From Promethearchaeota archaeon (GTDB lineage: Archaea; Asgardarchaeota; Lokiarchaeia; Sigyniarchaeales; SOKP01): a DNA stretch of 40,694 nt. Position 1 is the stretch's first letter; each line of letters starts with the position of its first letter. Of this stretch, positions 17,798 to 27,300 are shown one piece after another. Location: contig JAUWRB010000001.1 in assembly GCA_030610785.1 (NCBI GenBank), positions 1 through 40,694 on the forward strand. Direction: 5' to 3'. A model generated the notes under the pieces. The model searched no databases and had not been told where the DNA came from. It saw only the letters and a list, made by a program, of their open reading frames with translations. The translations under genes were made by a program, and so were the position numbers.

Positions 17798-20700
17798 GTG
17801 CCAAAAGTGACAACCAACGATGAGGGAAAGATTAAGCAAGGCACAATAGCTCAATTCATGCGTAAAAGAACACAATTAGTGGGCTTTGAATTTGGACATT
17901 GGAAACACACGCAATATTGTGCAGAGTTTTTAGACAATGCCCTTGATGCGATAGAATCTTTCCAATGGATGGAATTAAATAAAAAAGATTCTAAAATAAT
18001 GTTCTCCTTGGATCAAGATCTATTTTTAGGCAGTTTAACAATTCTAAAAAATGAAAAACAACTTGAAAAATCTCTACCATTAAGTAATGAAGGAAAACGT
18101 ACATTAATGCTTGAATTAGGTATAGAACAATTCGAATTAAAAGAATCTGAAACCCATTTAATTGAAGAAAAGGAAGAAAAATCTCAAAAAGTAGTTGATA
18201 AAAAACATGAGGAAGTTGAAGAGGAAGTAAAAAAAATAATCAATGATCTGGAAGAACTTATCAAGCCTGTAGAATATATCATTGATCTTGAACCAATTGC
18301 TATTATTAGATTAAGTGAATCTGAAGCAGCATCGTTTTTAACATCAGAATTAAGTCAAAAAAATATCATGAATTATGCTTTTGAAATTTTTGATAACGGC
18401 ACGGGGATGTTGAAAGTAGATTTTAAAAAGTTTGGAAAGTATCTTGCTTCCAGTAAAAGCATTGAATTAAAACAAACAAGAGGTAGTCAAGGATTTGGCG
18501 CGCCGAGTGCTTTCAGTGATGCACAAAACACAACTGGAAGGCCTATTATAGCAATTTCAAAATCAGCAGAAAATATTTACGCTACAGTTTCAGAATTTTT
18601 TACAACATCAAAAAATGAAAAAAAATATATCGTTTACCCTACCGATGTCGATTGCCCATTTCTCCATGGAACTTATATTAAATTAAATTATTTAAATGTA
18701 AAATATATCCGGGGGTATGTGGACAAATTTATAGAAGAAACAGCCTATATGAATCCGCACATTACGCTTATCTATATAGATCCTAACGGTGAGGAAACTA
18801 TTTACAAAAGATTAGTTTCTTCGTTTCCAAAAGAACCCAAATTTGCTAAACCACATCCTTCATCAATAAATATAGGCGATCTACAAGATTTATTAGCAAA
18901 ATCCGAAATTAACTCTCTTTCTTCGTTTTTAAAAGAAAATTTTGTAAGAATTAGTTCAAAAATTGCTCAAAAAATTATTGACCTTGCGTCAAAAGATTTA
19001 CAAGATAATTTAAATTTCTTAATTCTTAAAAACGGCTTTATAAATAAAATATCAAAAAAAAGCGATCTTATTTATTTACTTTGCTATGAAAAAAGAATTT
19101 TTGGAAAGTCCAAAAAACCCAGAGACAAATTAATAATTTATAAAGTTGACTCAGAAGATTTGAAAAATAAATATTGGGAATTAATCTTAAATTATAATCA
19201 ATTTAAAGAAAATCACAAAAAAATTAACAATGATATAAAAAAATTTAATTACCGTGTGGAAAAATCTAAAACTTTAAAGGAAATTAAATTTATTGAAAAA
19301 GAAATAAAAAATCTATTAATAAAAATCGATGAAATTAGAAAAGAAAAAGAAATAATAAAAATTAAATTAGAAAAAGTTTTTGAAAATGTTAATGAAGGTT
19401 TAATTGAATTAAAAAAAATTAAAAAAAGAACTGATTTTGAAGATTTAGTTAACGAGGTTGAAATTTCTAAAGCTAAACCAATAGATTTAACGAAAAATCA
19501 ATATAACTCGCTTTTCCTAGCATTTAAATCGATAAAATATATGACTCCTCCTACAGATACAGCTATTCCCGTAGGTGATACTGTATTAGAAAATACGTTA
19601 ATAAAAGAAATAGGATTAAAAATCTCAGAAAATATTGAAGATTTCGCAGCACCCGTGGATGATATTTATAAAATAATTGATATTATACGCGATGAAAAGA
19701 AAAATGCTATAATACGCGAAGATCCAACTGTTAATGATTTAATTTTAAACAAAATCTCAGTAAGTTCTGAAGAAATCATCGATTTAAATTCTAAAATTTT
19801 AACTAATATCGATCTCATGGATAAAAATGTTAATATAAACGAATTTAAACAATCTGTAGAAAAAATTCTTACATTTTCAGAAGAAGAACTTAAAGATAAT
19901 TATAATGATGTGTTTGAATTTTTTTTAATAAATTATACTAAAGACGATGATTTTGTATCAGCTGAAACGAGACCTCCAACGAGCGGTAAAGGTTTAGCCT
20001 ATGTTGTAGAAGCCGTCTTAGCATATTCAAAAAATCTCGGAACCCCTAAACGCGCTCGGGATGTATTAAGCAGATTTGTTAATAGAACCCCAAAATTAAG
20101 AGATACTGCTGACTGCGCAATTACAAAGGCAGTTCAGTCGGTTAATTGGAAGAATTATAAGTTAGAAACTTATGATAATAATTTACCAAAAGGCCCTATA
20201 AAACTTCTGGTAAATGTTTCTGGACCGTTTGTCCATTTAATGTTTAAATCACAATCTAAAAGTGCTTTAGCTGATGATGAAAATTTAATAAAAGAAATAA
20301 AATTTTGTCTTGAAGCAATTGGAAGAAAGTTGAGAATCTTTCTTAATAGAAAAGCAAATATGTATAAAAGCGAAAAGAGAGCAAGTTTAATTGAAAAACA
20401 CATTCCACAATTTATCAAAAGCGTGTATAACATAGCTTCAAGAGGTGAAAGCATATATAAAGCACGTGTTAACGAAAAAGAATTAATAGATTTAATGAAA
20501 AAAGCTATAGGACAAAAGCCTCCTTCGTTTATTAAAAGAGAAATATCACAGGAACCACCTGAAATTGCATCTCCTAAACCAATAGAAATAAAGGAGGAAT
20601 ATGTTAAGAAAGAAGATCTCCAAAAAAAAGAATTTGCCGTTAAAAAAGAGAAAATAATACCAAAGAAAGAACCAGTTGTTAAGAAACCTGAACCCGATAA

Positions 20701-21220
20701 AGAATTCATTTCAGTTAAAACGCTCAATAATTATACCGTAAAAGAGCTAAAAGAATATTGTAACGAGAAAAAAATAAAAATACATTCAAAAATAACTAAA
20801 GTAAATGTTATAAAGAAAATTTCAGAATCATTCGAGAAAAAGTCAAAATTAGAAATCGTGAAAGAACCGATAAGACCTTTGCCAGTCACATCAAGGGCCA
20901 TTTCAGTAAAGAAACAACAATTAAAAATAGCAAAAATAAAAGCTCCGGCATCAACTAAGCCAAAACCCTCTCCGAAACCTCGTGTTACTCCTCCAAAACC
21001 AAAAACAACTCAAACTCAATTACCTATAATTACAACAGAAAGAATTTTAGAAGTATTATCAAAAGAAGAATGGCAAGCAATTACTCACCTCATTTTTAAA
21101 TTAAAAATTAAAGATATGATGGATGCTAGGTTTTTACAAATTAAATTAAAAGAATTATTAAGGAAAGGATTAGTTTTAGAAAATACAATTAAAACTAAAA
21201 AACACTGGAAATTAAAATAA
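17798..21220 (+). CDS. top6B: DNA topoisomerase VI subunit B, unusually long (1140 aa) with insertions and a C-terminal extension
   Basis: GTG start. N-terminal strap IAQFMRKRTQLVGF. Bergerat-fold N box EFLDNALDA (E43/N47/D50). G1 box FDNGTGM (D199). G2-like TRGSQGFGAPSA. YMNPHITLIYIDPNGE. H2TH segment KPHPSSINIGDLQDLL. PPTDTAIPVGD. Transducer motifs ETRPPTSGKGLAYVVEAVLAY, SRFVNRTPKLRD, NWKNYKL and KSQSKSA. Confidence 0.85.
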   Translation: MPKVTTNDEGKIKQGTIAQFMRKRTQLVGFEFGHWKHTQYCAEFLDNALDAIESFQWMELNKKDSKIMFSLDQDLFLGSLTILKNEKQLEKSLPLSNEGKRTLMLELGIEQFELKESETHLIEEKEEKSQKVVDKKHEEVEEEVKKIINDLEELIKPVEYIIDLEPIAIIRLSESEAASFLTSELSQKNIMNYAFEIFDNGTGMLKVDFKKFGKYLASSKSIELKQTRGSQGFGAPSAFSDAQNTTGRPIIAISKSAENIYATVSEFFTTSKNEKKYIVYPTDVDCPFLHGTYIKLNYLNVKYIRGYVDKFIEETAYMNPHITLIYIDPNGEETIYKRLVSSFPKEPKFAKPHPSSINIGDLQDLLAKSEINSLSSFLKENFVRISSKIAQKIIDLASKDLQDNLNFLILKNGFINKISKKSDLIYLLCYEKRIFGKSKKPRDKLIIYKVDSEDLKNKYWELILNYNQFKENHKKINNDIKKFNYRVEKSKTLKEIKFIEKEIKNLLIKIDEIRKEKEIIKIKLEKVFENVNEGLIELKKIKKRTDFEDLVNEVEISKAKPIDLTKNQYNSLFLAFKSIKYMTPPTDTAIPVGDTVLENTLIKEIGLKISENIEDFAAPVDDIYKIIDIIRDEKKNAIIREDPTVNDLILNKISVSSEEIIDLNSKILTNIDLMDKNVNINEFKQSVEKILTFSEEELKDNYNDVFEFFLINYTKDDDFVSAETRPPTSGKGLAYVVEAVLAYSKNLGTPKRARDVLSRFVNRTPKLRDTADCAITKAVQSVNWKNYKLETYDNNLPKGPIKLLVNVSGPFVHLMFKSQSKSALADDENLIKEIKFCLEAIGRKLRIFLNRKANMYKSEKRASLIEKHIPQFIKSVYNIASRGESIYKARVNEKELIDLMKKAIGQKPPSFIKREISQEPPEIASPKPIEIKEEYVKKEDLQKKEFAVKKEKIIPKKEPVVKKPEPDKEFISVKTLNNYTVKELKEYCNEKKIKIHSKITKVNVIKKISESFEKKSKLEIVKEPIRPLPVTSRAISVKKQQLKIAKIKAPASTKPKPSPKPRVTPPKPKTTQTQLPIITTERILEVLSKEEWQAITHLIFKLKIKDMMDARFLQIKLKELLRKGLVLENTIKTKKHWKLK

Positions 21221-21236
21221 ACGAAATGAAGAAAAT

Positions 21237-22427
21237 ATGAGTCAAAAAAAACCTCCCAGTTTAAATTATGATTTAAAAGCGACAAAAAAACTATTTAATG
21301 AATATTTAGAAAAAGGACGCGATAAAACTGAAATTAAACTCCCCCCAGATACCGTCAAGATTGATGATCTTGATAGAAATAAAACCTTAGCAAGACTTTA
21401 TAAACTTGTTGATGATGTTATCGAAAAAATTTATAATACAGGAAGACCATCAATAAAATTACCCTCTAGAGCGACTTCTAATATTAAATGGGATGAGGAA
21501 AATGATTTATTACTTCTTGGTAATCAACTCCAAGAGAAACAGTTTCATACTCTTACTAGCGTTACAGATGTTACGAGATTGATGCGAGTGTTAGAAATAG
21601 TTGATGAATTGCTAGTTAAAGATATTCATGCTACTAAACGTGAAATTTTTTATAGTGATGTAAATTTATTCGTAGAACAAAAAAATAGCGATAAAAGCAT
21701 TGAAGATGTAGCAACAATGTTATATGCCACGCGTAACTCAACTCATATAGTTGCTGCTCCAAAAGGAACTTGTGTAGGGCGCCTTAGAATTAGAGATAAA
21801 AACGATATAATTGACCTTGAAGGATTAGGAAGTGGTGGTTGGACAATTTCTCCCATGTTAGACAATATCGAAATAATAGAATCCGATGCAGAATTTATTT
21901 TAGTAATAGAAAAGGATGCTGCCCTAATGCGCTTAGCAGAAGCAAGATTTTGGCGTAAATATCCGTGTATCTTAATTACCGCACAAGGCGTTGGAAATGT
22001 TGCCGTGCGCATGTTTTTAAAACGATTAAGCAGGGAATTAAACTTGCCTATTTTCAGCCTGGTCGACAGCGACCCGTACGGGCACTATATTCACTCCGTT
22101 TATCTACGTGGGTCGAAGAGATTGAGTTACGAGTCACCTTTCCTCGCCACACCAAATATTAAACTACTTGGAGTCTTAACAAAAGATTTAGACGCATATA
22201 AAATTCCGAATGAAGTTAGGATCCCAATGAATAAACAAGACAAGAAACGTGTAAAAGACATGTTAAATGAAGATTTCGTAAAAAAAAACAAAAAATGGGA
22301 AGAAGATCTAAAATTAGCTCTTAAATTAGAAATTAAAGCCGAAATTCAAGCATTTTCAGCACATGGTTTTGAATTCCTTACAGAAAAATACCTACCTGAA
22401 AAATTAACAACGGGGGACTGGATTTGA
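21237..22427 (+). CDS. top6A: DNA topoisomerase VI subunit A (Spo11 homolog)
   Basis: 396 aa. Winged-helix/5Y-CAP region with KREIFYSD (catalytic Tyr context). Toprim motifs LVIEKDA (Glu) and VDSDPYGHYI (DxD). 16 nt downstream of top6B. Confidence 0.9.
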   Translation: MSQKKPPSLNYDLKATKKLFNEYLEKGRDKTEIKLPPDTVKIDDLDRNKTLARLYKLVDDVIEKIYNTGRPSIKLPSRATSNIKWDEENDLLLLGNQLQEKQFHTLTSVTDVTRLMRVLEIVDELLVKDIHATKREIFYSDVNLFVEQKNSDKSIEDVATMLYATRNSTHIVAAPKGTCVGRLRIRDKNDIIDLEGLGSGGWTISPMLDNIEIIESDAEFILVIEKDAALMRLAEARFWRKYPCILITAQGVGNVAVRMFLKRLSRELNLPIFSLVDSDPYGHYIHSVYLRGSKRLSYESPFLATPNIKLLGVLTKDLDAYKIPNEVRIPMNKQDKKRVKDMLNEDFVKKNKKWEEDLKLALKLEIKAEIQAFSAHGFEFLTEKYLPEKLTTGDWI

Positions 22428-22942
22428 GAATATTTCGTAAAAAAAATGGGGGTATTGTTCAATTAATTGATAAAGAAAAAATGCAAGAATGGCCGGTTGA
22501 ATTACCGCTGATATTTATTGAATATATCAGAAATAAAAAATTAGAATCCTATGAAGATATAAAAGTCAAAAAAGGAGTAGAAAATTATCTTGATGAAATT
22601 ATGGAAGATATAGCCATTCCGAGATTAATTAATGTCTTAGAAGGATCTGATGTTGAAGAAATAATTTTAGCTCTAACTCGTCTTGAACAACTCTCAAGAA
22701 AAAAGATTGAAATGATAAGACCGATCAAATCCTATCTAAATAATTTGTTAAAACTTAAAACTACGAAAATAGTTACATTAGCTCAAACTATTTCGGATAA
22801 TTTTGCTAAAGCCGATAGGAAAAAGGAATTGGCTAAAAAAAGAAAAATTATGCAAGAAAAAGAAAAACAATTTTTAGCGGGAAAAATTGGTGGAGAAGAA
22901 TACGCAAAGGCAAGAAAGGAATACCTCACATTAAAAGAATGA
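22424..22942 (+). CDS. Hypothetical protein (172 aa, possible single HEAT-like repeat plus basic coiled-coil tail), coupled to top6A
   Basis: The ORF's TTG start (22424-22426) overlaps the top6A TGA (22425-22427). An alternative in-frame ATG is at about 22481 (MQEW). The IPRLINVLEGSDVEEIILALTRLEQL segment resembles a HEAT repeat. I recognise no family. Confidence 0.5.
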   Translation: MRIFRKKNGGIVQLIDKEKMQEWPVELPLIFIEYIRNKKLESYEDIKVKKGVENYLDEIMEDIAIPRLINVLEGSDVEEIILALTRLEQLSRKKIEMIRPIKSYLNNLLKLKTTKIVTLAQTISDNFAKADRKKELAKKRKIMQEKEKQFLAGKIGGEEYAKARKEYLTLKE

Positions 22943-22953
22943 TTTGATTTCTC

Positions 22954-23637
22954 ATGAGTTGGAAAAAAGAAGAATTTTACAATTTTATCGTTAAAAATGA
23001 TGTAATTGGCTTCTTTAAAGAACCTTTAAAATTAAAATCGGGGAGGTTTTCTTATTGGTATATAAATTGGAGAAATATTGCTGAAGATGTATTTTCTCTT
23101 GATAAATTAACGGATTACATTTTATCGTTTGTTAAAAATTTGGGTTTAAAACCTGATTGCTTTTTTGGCGTTCCAGAGGGAGCCACTAAATTAGCCTTAA
23201 TTACTCAATATAAATGGGCAAAAAATCAAGAGAATTACGACAAAGGCGTTTATGCATTGTCAATGGGACGGGCAAAACCTAAAAAGCATGGTGCTCCTAA
23301 AGACAAGTATTTCTTAGGTGTTCCTAGGGGAAAAACTGTGATTTTGGAAGATGTAACCACCACTGGAGGATCTCTCCTTACTGTTGTTAATAATTTATTA
23401 GAAAATGATATTAAAATAGTTGCGACTATTAGTTTATCTAATAGAAACGAATTAAGAGACGATGACAAAAGCGTTGAAGAAATTCTTCGAGACAAAGGCG
23501 TAAAATTTTACGCAATGAGTGATGCGGTCGAATTATTACCAAAAATTTATCAAAAATTAAAGCCAGGTAAGGATATCGGAAAGCATGTAGAAGAGTATTT
23601 CTTAAAATATGGAATTATAAAATTAAAACTCATTTAA
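22954..23637 (+). CDS. pyrE: Orotate phosphoribosyltransferase-like PRTase
   Basis: N-terminal FKEPLKLKSGRFSYWYINWR (OPRT-type FxLKSGRxSxYY). PRPP-binding loop VILEDVTTTGGSL. Confidence 0.7.
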   Translation: MSWKKEEFYNFIVKNDVIGFFKEPLKLKSGRFSYWYINWRNIAEDVFSLDKLTDYILSFVKNLGLKPDCFFGVPEGATKLALITQYKWAKNQENYDKGVYALSMGRAKPKKHGAPKDKYFLGVPRGKTVILEDVTTTGGSLLTVVNNLLENDIKIVATISLSNRNELRDDDKSVEEILRDKGVKFYAMSDAVELLPKIYQKLKPGKDIGKHVEEYFLKYGIIKLKLI

Positions 23638-23733
23638 AATCCGAAAAAATATTACTCCTAAAAATTTTTTAATCATAAGCATGCTAAATTCTTCTTCTAA
23701 AAAGCTTAAACTTCCAAAGTAAGATCTATAAAA

Positions 23734-24297
23734 TTAATTTTTTCCCAAATAAAAGCTTCTCCAAGTTACAATTAATTTATAAATATGATTAAATAATAAA
23801 TGTTCTGAATTGGTTAGCTTTCCTTCATCCTCTAAAGATATTTCTGCTTCTGCTTTAGCCAATTTTAATAATTTTAACAATCTATTATCAATAATATTTG
23901 CCATATACGAATTGAACCAATCCATATCTGATTTCGGTTTCTCGCCATCGCTTATTTGTTTTTCTAAAAATATTTTAAATTCTCTAATTTCGTTCAGAAA
24001 AAAATTTTCTTGACGAATTAACCTCTGATCATCGCGTTCGGCGATGGCAAATCGTTGAACATCAACATTATCACACTTTTTACTAGACTCAATTTTTAAA
24101 ATATTATTTTCAATAAAAGGAACGGCGATAAAAAATTTTAAATTATATTTCTTACCTTTCTCAAACGGTCCAAATTGTTTTCCAAATAGAGAAAAACCAT
24201 TGTAATTTTTTACGCATTCGGTAAATATTTTTCCGTTTTTATAAATAAAATTAATTCTATTTAAAGAATCAATTAGTTTTTCCTCAATTTTGTTCAA
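23734..24297 (-). CDS. Possible GINS complex subunit (Gins23-like order: N-terminal beta B-domain, C-terminal helical A-domain)
   Basis: FGKQFGPFEKGKKYNLKFFIAVPFIENNILKIE resembles the GINS B-domain pattern (GPFxKGxxxxLPxxxAxxLixxgxA). The C-terminal segment LTNSEHLLFNHIYKLIVTWRSF resembles the A-domain LTxxExxL...R helix. This is weak by-eye similarity only. Confidence 0.4.
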   Translation of the reverse strand: MNKIEEKLIDSLNRINFIYKNGKIFTECVKNYNGFSLFGKQFGPFEKGKKYNLKFFIAVPFIENNILKIESSKKCDNVDVQRFAIAERDDQRLIRQENFFLNEIREFKIFLEKQISDGEKPKSDMDWFNSYMANIIDNRLLKLLKLAKAEAEISLEDEGKLTNSEHLLFNHIYKLIVTWRSFYLGKN

Positions 24298-24390
24298 ATT
24301 TATTTCTCACTAAATTAGTCTCAAATAATTAAGAAAGTATAATAAGAGAAATAATACTTATATTAATTTATTAATATTTAATAAAATTCG

Positions 24391-27300
24391 GTGAAGATTT
24401 TGATCTTAGATGTTTTATTTATAATTATCTTTCTAGCGTTTTTTCTATTTGGTTTTTTTATTATTTATAAGCAAGTAGCTTTAGTCAAAAAGGGGGAATT
24501 TAACGTTAGTGATCGACTTCAATGTATTATTTACGGAATTATATTTAGTATAGCGCTAATGGTTGTTATAGCCATGGCTTTCATATTTGCTGTACAAACC
24601 CCGGAATTCTGGGAAAATAGTTCATTCCCCCCTCCAGATATAAACCCTCTTGCTCTAATAATTCCTTTTATAATATGCTTGGCTTACATATCTTTTTATC
24701 CTTTAATTGATTTTTTATTCATTGCTGTAAGTGAAGAATCAGATGAAGGACTCACCCCATTTCATAAATTAATAGGAAATAAAGTCATTAATATCTCAAA
24801 AAGTAAATATGGTTCAGTAATCATGGCCATACTGTTATATTGTTTATTTATTATACCTCCTGTTTTACTATCACTCTTAGGATTTTCATTCTTAATGATA
24901 TTTATCTCCTGGATGCTCGTTTATCCAATGATGATATTAACTTTTTATGGTTCTAAAGGTTATATTGCAGGAATTTCAAATTGCTATTATAACATCCCGG
25001 ATATAAGGAGATCAATTTTTCTTAATTTTGAAGATAGTAAAAGGGGAATGAAACAGTTTGCTTCAAATCCCGCATCTTATATCGTTTTCGGTTTAATGAT
25101 ATTTGTTTTTATATGGGCTTGGATTTCTATGATTCAAACCATCACTTTTTTTTTCACAGGAAAAATCGCGATTTCAACTATGACATCGGTATTTGTTTTT
25201 GTAACGCTTTTTTTTGGAATTATGGGATATTTCACCCGATTTTGGGGGAGAAAAATAAAGTATCGCGGGATAGATATTTATTTTGCCGCTTATTTAATGG
25301 CCGCTATTGGTATTAATGTCTTAGTGAATTTTTTAATCGTTAATCCCAATAAATTATTTGATACTTTTAATATGTGGGATTTTACAGACCAAATCATTCC
25401 AAATTATAGAATGTTTGCTTGGGCCGCAGTTATTGAGGAAATTATTTTAATTATCTTCACATCTTATTTCTTTCTAGCAAAAAAAAACAAATTTATAAGA
25501 AATATTAAGTATTCCCGAATAACTGAATGTGGAAATATCTTTAATCCAATTCCCCTATTCAACTTTATAAAAAATAAAAATCTTATTATCAGAAAACACG
25601 CCGAAGAAACACTAATTTTAATGTTTGAAAGAATTCCTCTAAAAGCTAAAATTGATTTAAACAAATTAAAATTTAAATATTTTTTATTTGATGCTTTATG
25701 TGATTATCACTCTAACGCAAGAAGAATTAGCTATAACATTCTCCTTCAATTAGAAAAGGATGTCCCCGATATTGTATTACCGTGGATAATTGAAGGTATA
25801 ACATCTCCTAACTACGATAAAAGCATTCCTATTGCTAGATCTTTATTAAAATCTGAGATAAGCCTTTTAGAAAATATCCCTGAAAATGCAATATTTTCTC
25901 TTATTGAAGACCCAGAATGGAGATTAAAACAATATGGATTAATGATTTTGTCCCGTCTCGTACATAAAAAAAACGATTTAATTTTAAATTTAAATATTCA
26001 TGAATTAGTTAATGACTCTAATAGCAAAGTACAAGTGGAAATTTTAAATTTACTTTCAGAATCTTCAATAGAACTTCCTGTACATGTTATTATTAAAAAA
26101 ATAAATCATTCAAATAAGGAGATTAGAGCTGCTGCAATTAAGAATGTAAAAAACATTAAAATTGAAAATATTGATTCTCAAATAATCAATATACTCTTAC
26201 CATTAATGAAAGACCCTACTAGTTCTGTTAGAGCTTCAATTTTTGAAGTTTTTGCTAAAATAGGAAATTTTAAGAAATTTTCTATCCCCATTTCACCTTT
26301 CTTAGATGGTTTAACTGATTATAACGAAAATGTAAGATCTTTTTCGGTTTTAGCACTTGAGAAATACTCTGATGAGGAACCAGGCAGTATAAATCTTGAT
26401 GTGATTATAAATAAAATTGACCCTAATAATAATGAAGTATTAAGTAGCGTATTGTCCCTGCTTGGTAGATTATGGGAAAAAAATCCTGAAAAAATCATAA
26501 CGATTTTCTTAATATTCATTAAGTTTGATAATGAAAAATTAAAAAAAAATATCTCAAAAATTCTTGTTGAAAAATATCAATCTCACCCAGACTTAATAAT
26601 TCAAAACTTAATTAACATTTCTGATGTCTCTAAATTCATTTCAAAAGGAATTATTTCAACGACAATTATAAAAATTGCTAAAGCAGACCCACAGAATATG
26701 ATTCCTAAATTAATTATATATTTAAATTCAAATAACGAAGATATCGTATTAAACGCAATTTCTTCTTTAGATGGATTAATAGACGAATTTTTTGAGATGA
26801 TTAGCATTAAACCGCTACTTTCATTGATGCAAAAAGATATGAATAATCAAATAAAAAAAGAAGCTTCAAAGCTCATTTCAAAAATAGCTAAAACAAATCC
26901 TTTCTCTATTAAACCTTTTATTCCATTAATTTTTCAAATTGTAAACGACCAAGAACAATCCGTTAAAATTGTGTTATCTAAATCAATATTAGAAATAGCT
27001 AAAACTTCTCCAGAGCTCATCCCTGTTAGGTCCATTATCCCGTTTTTTTCAGATCAAGATTCTTTTATTCGTGAATCTGGTGCAAAAATTCTAGGCTTTA
27101 TTGGATTTGAATTAGTTGACGAAGTTATTGATGTATTAATAAATAAAGGACTAACTGACGAAGAATGGATAGTAAGAGAAGCTTCAGTAGCTAGTTTAGG
27201 AAAGATTGTTGAACATGTGGAGAATAAGGAATTTATAATAAAAAAACTCGTCTATTTATTGGATGATGACCAAAATTGGGTTCGAAGATCAGCCATGAAT

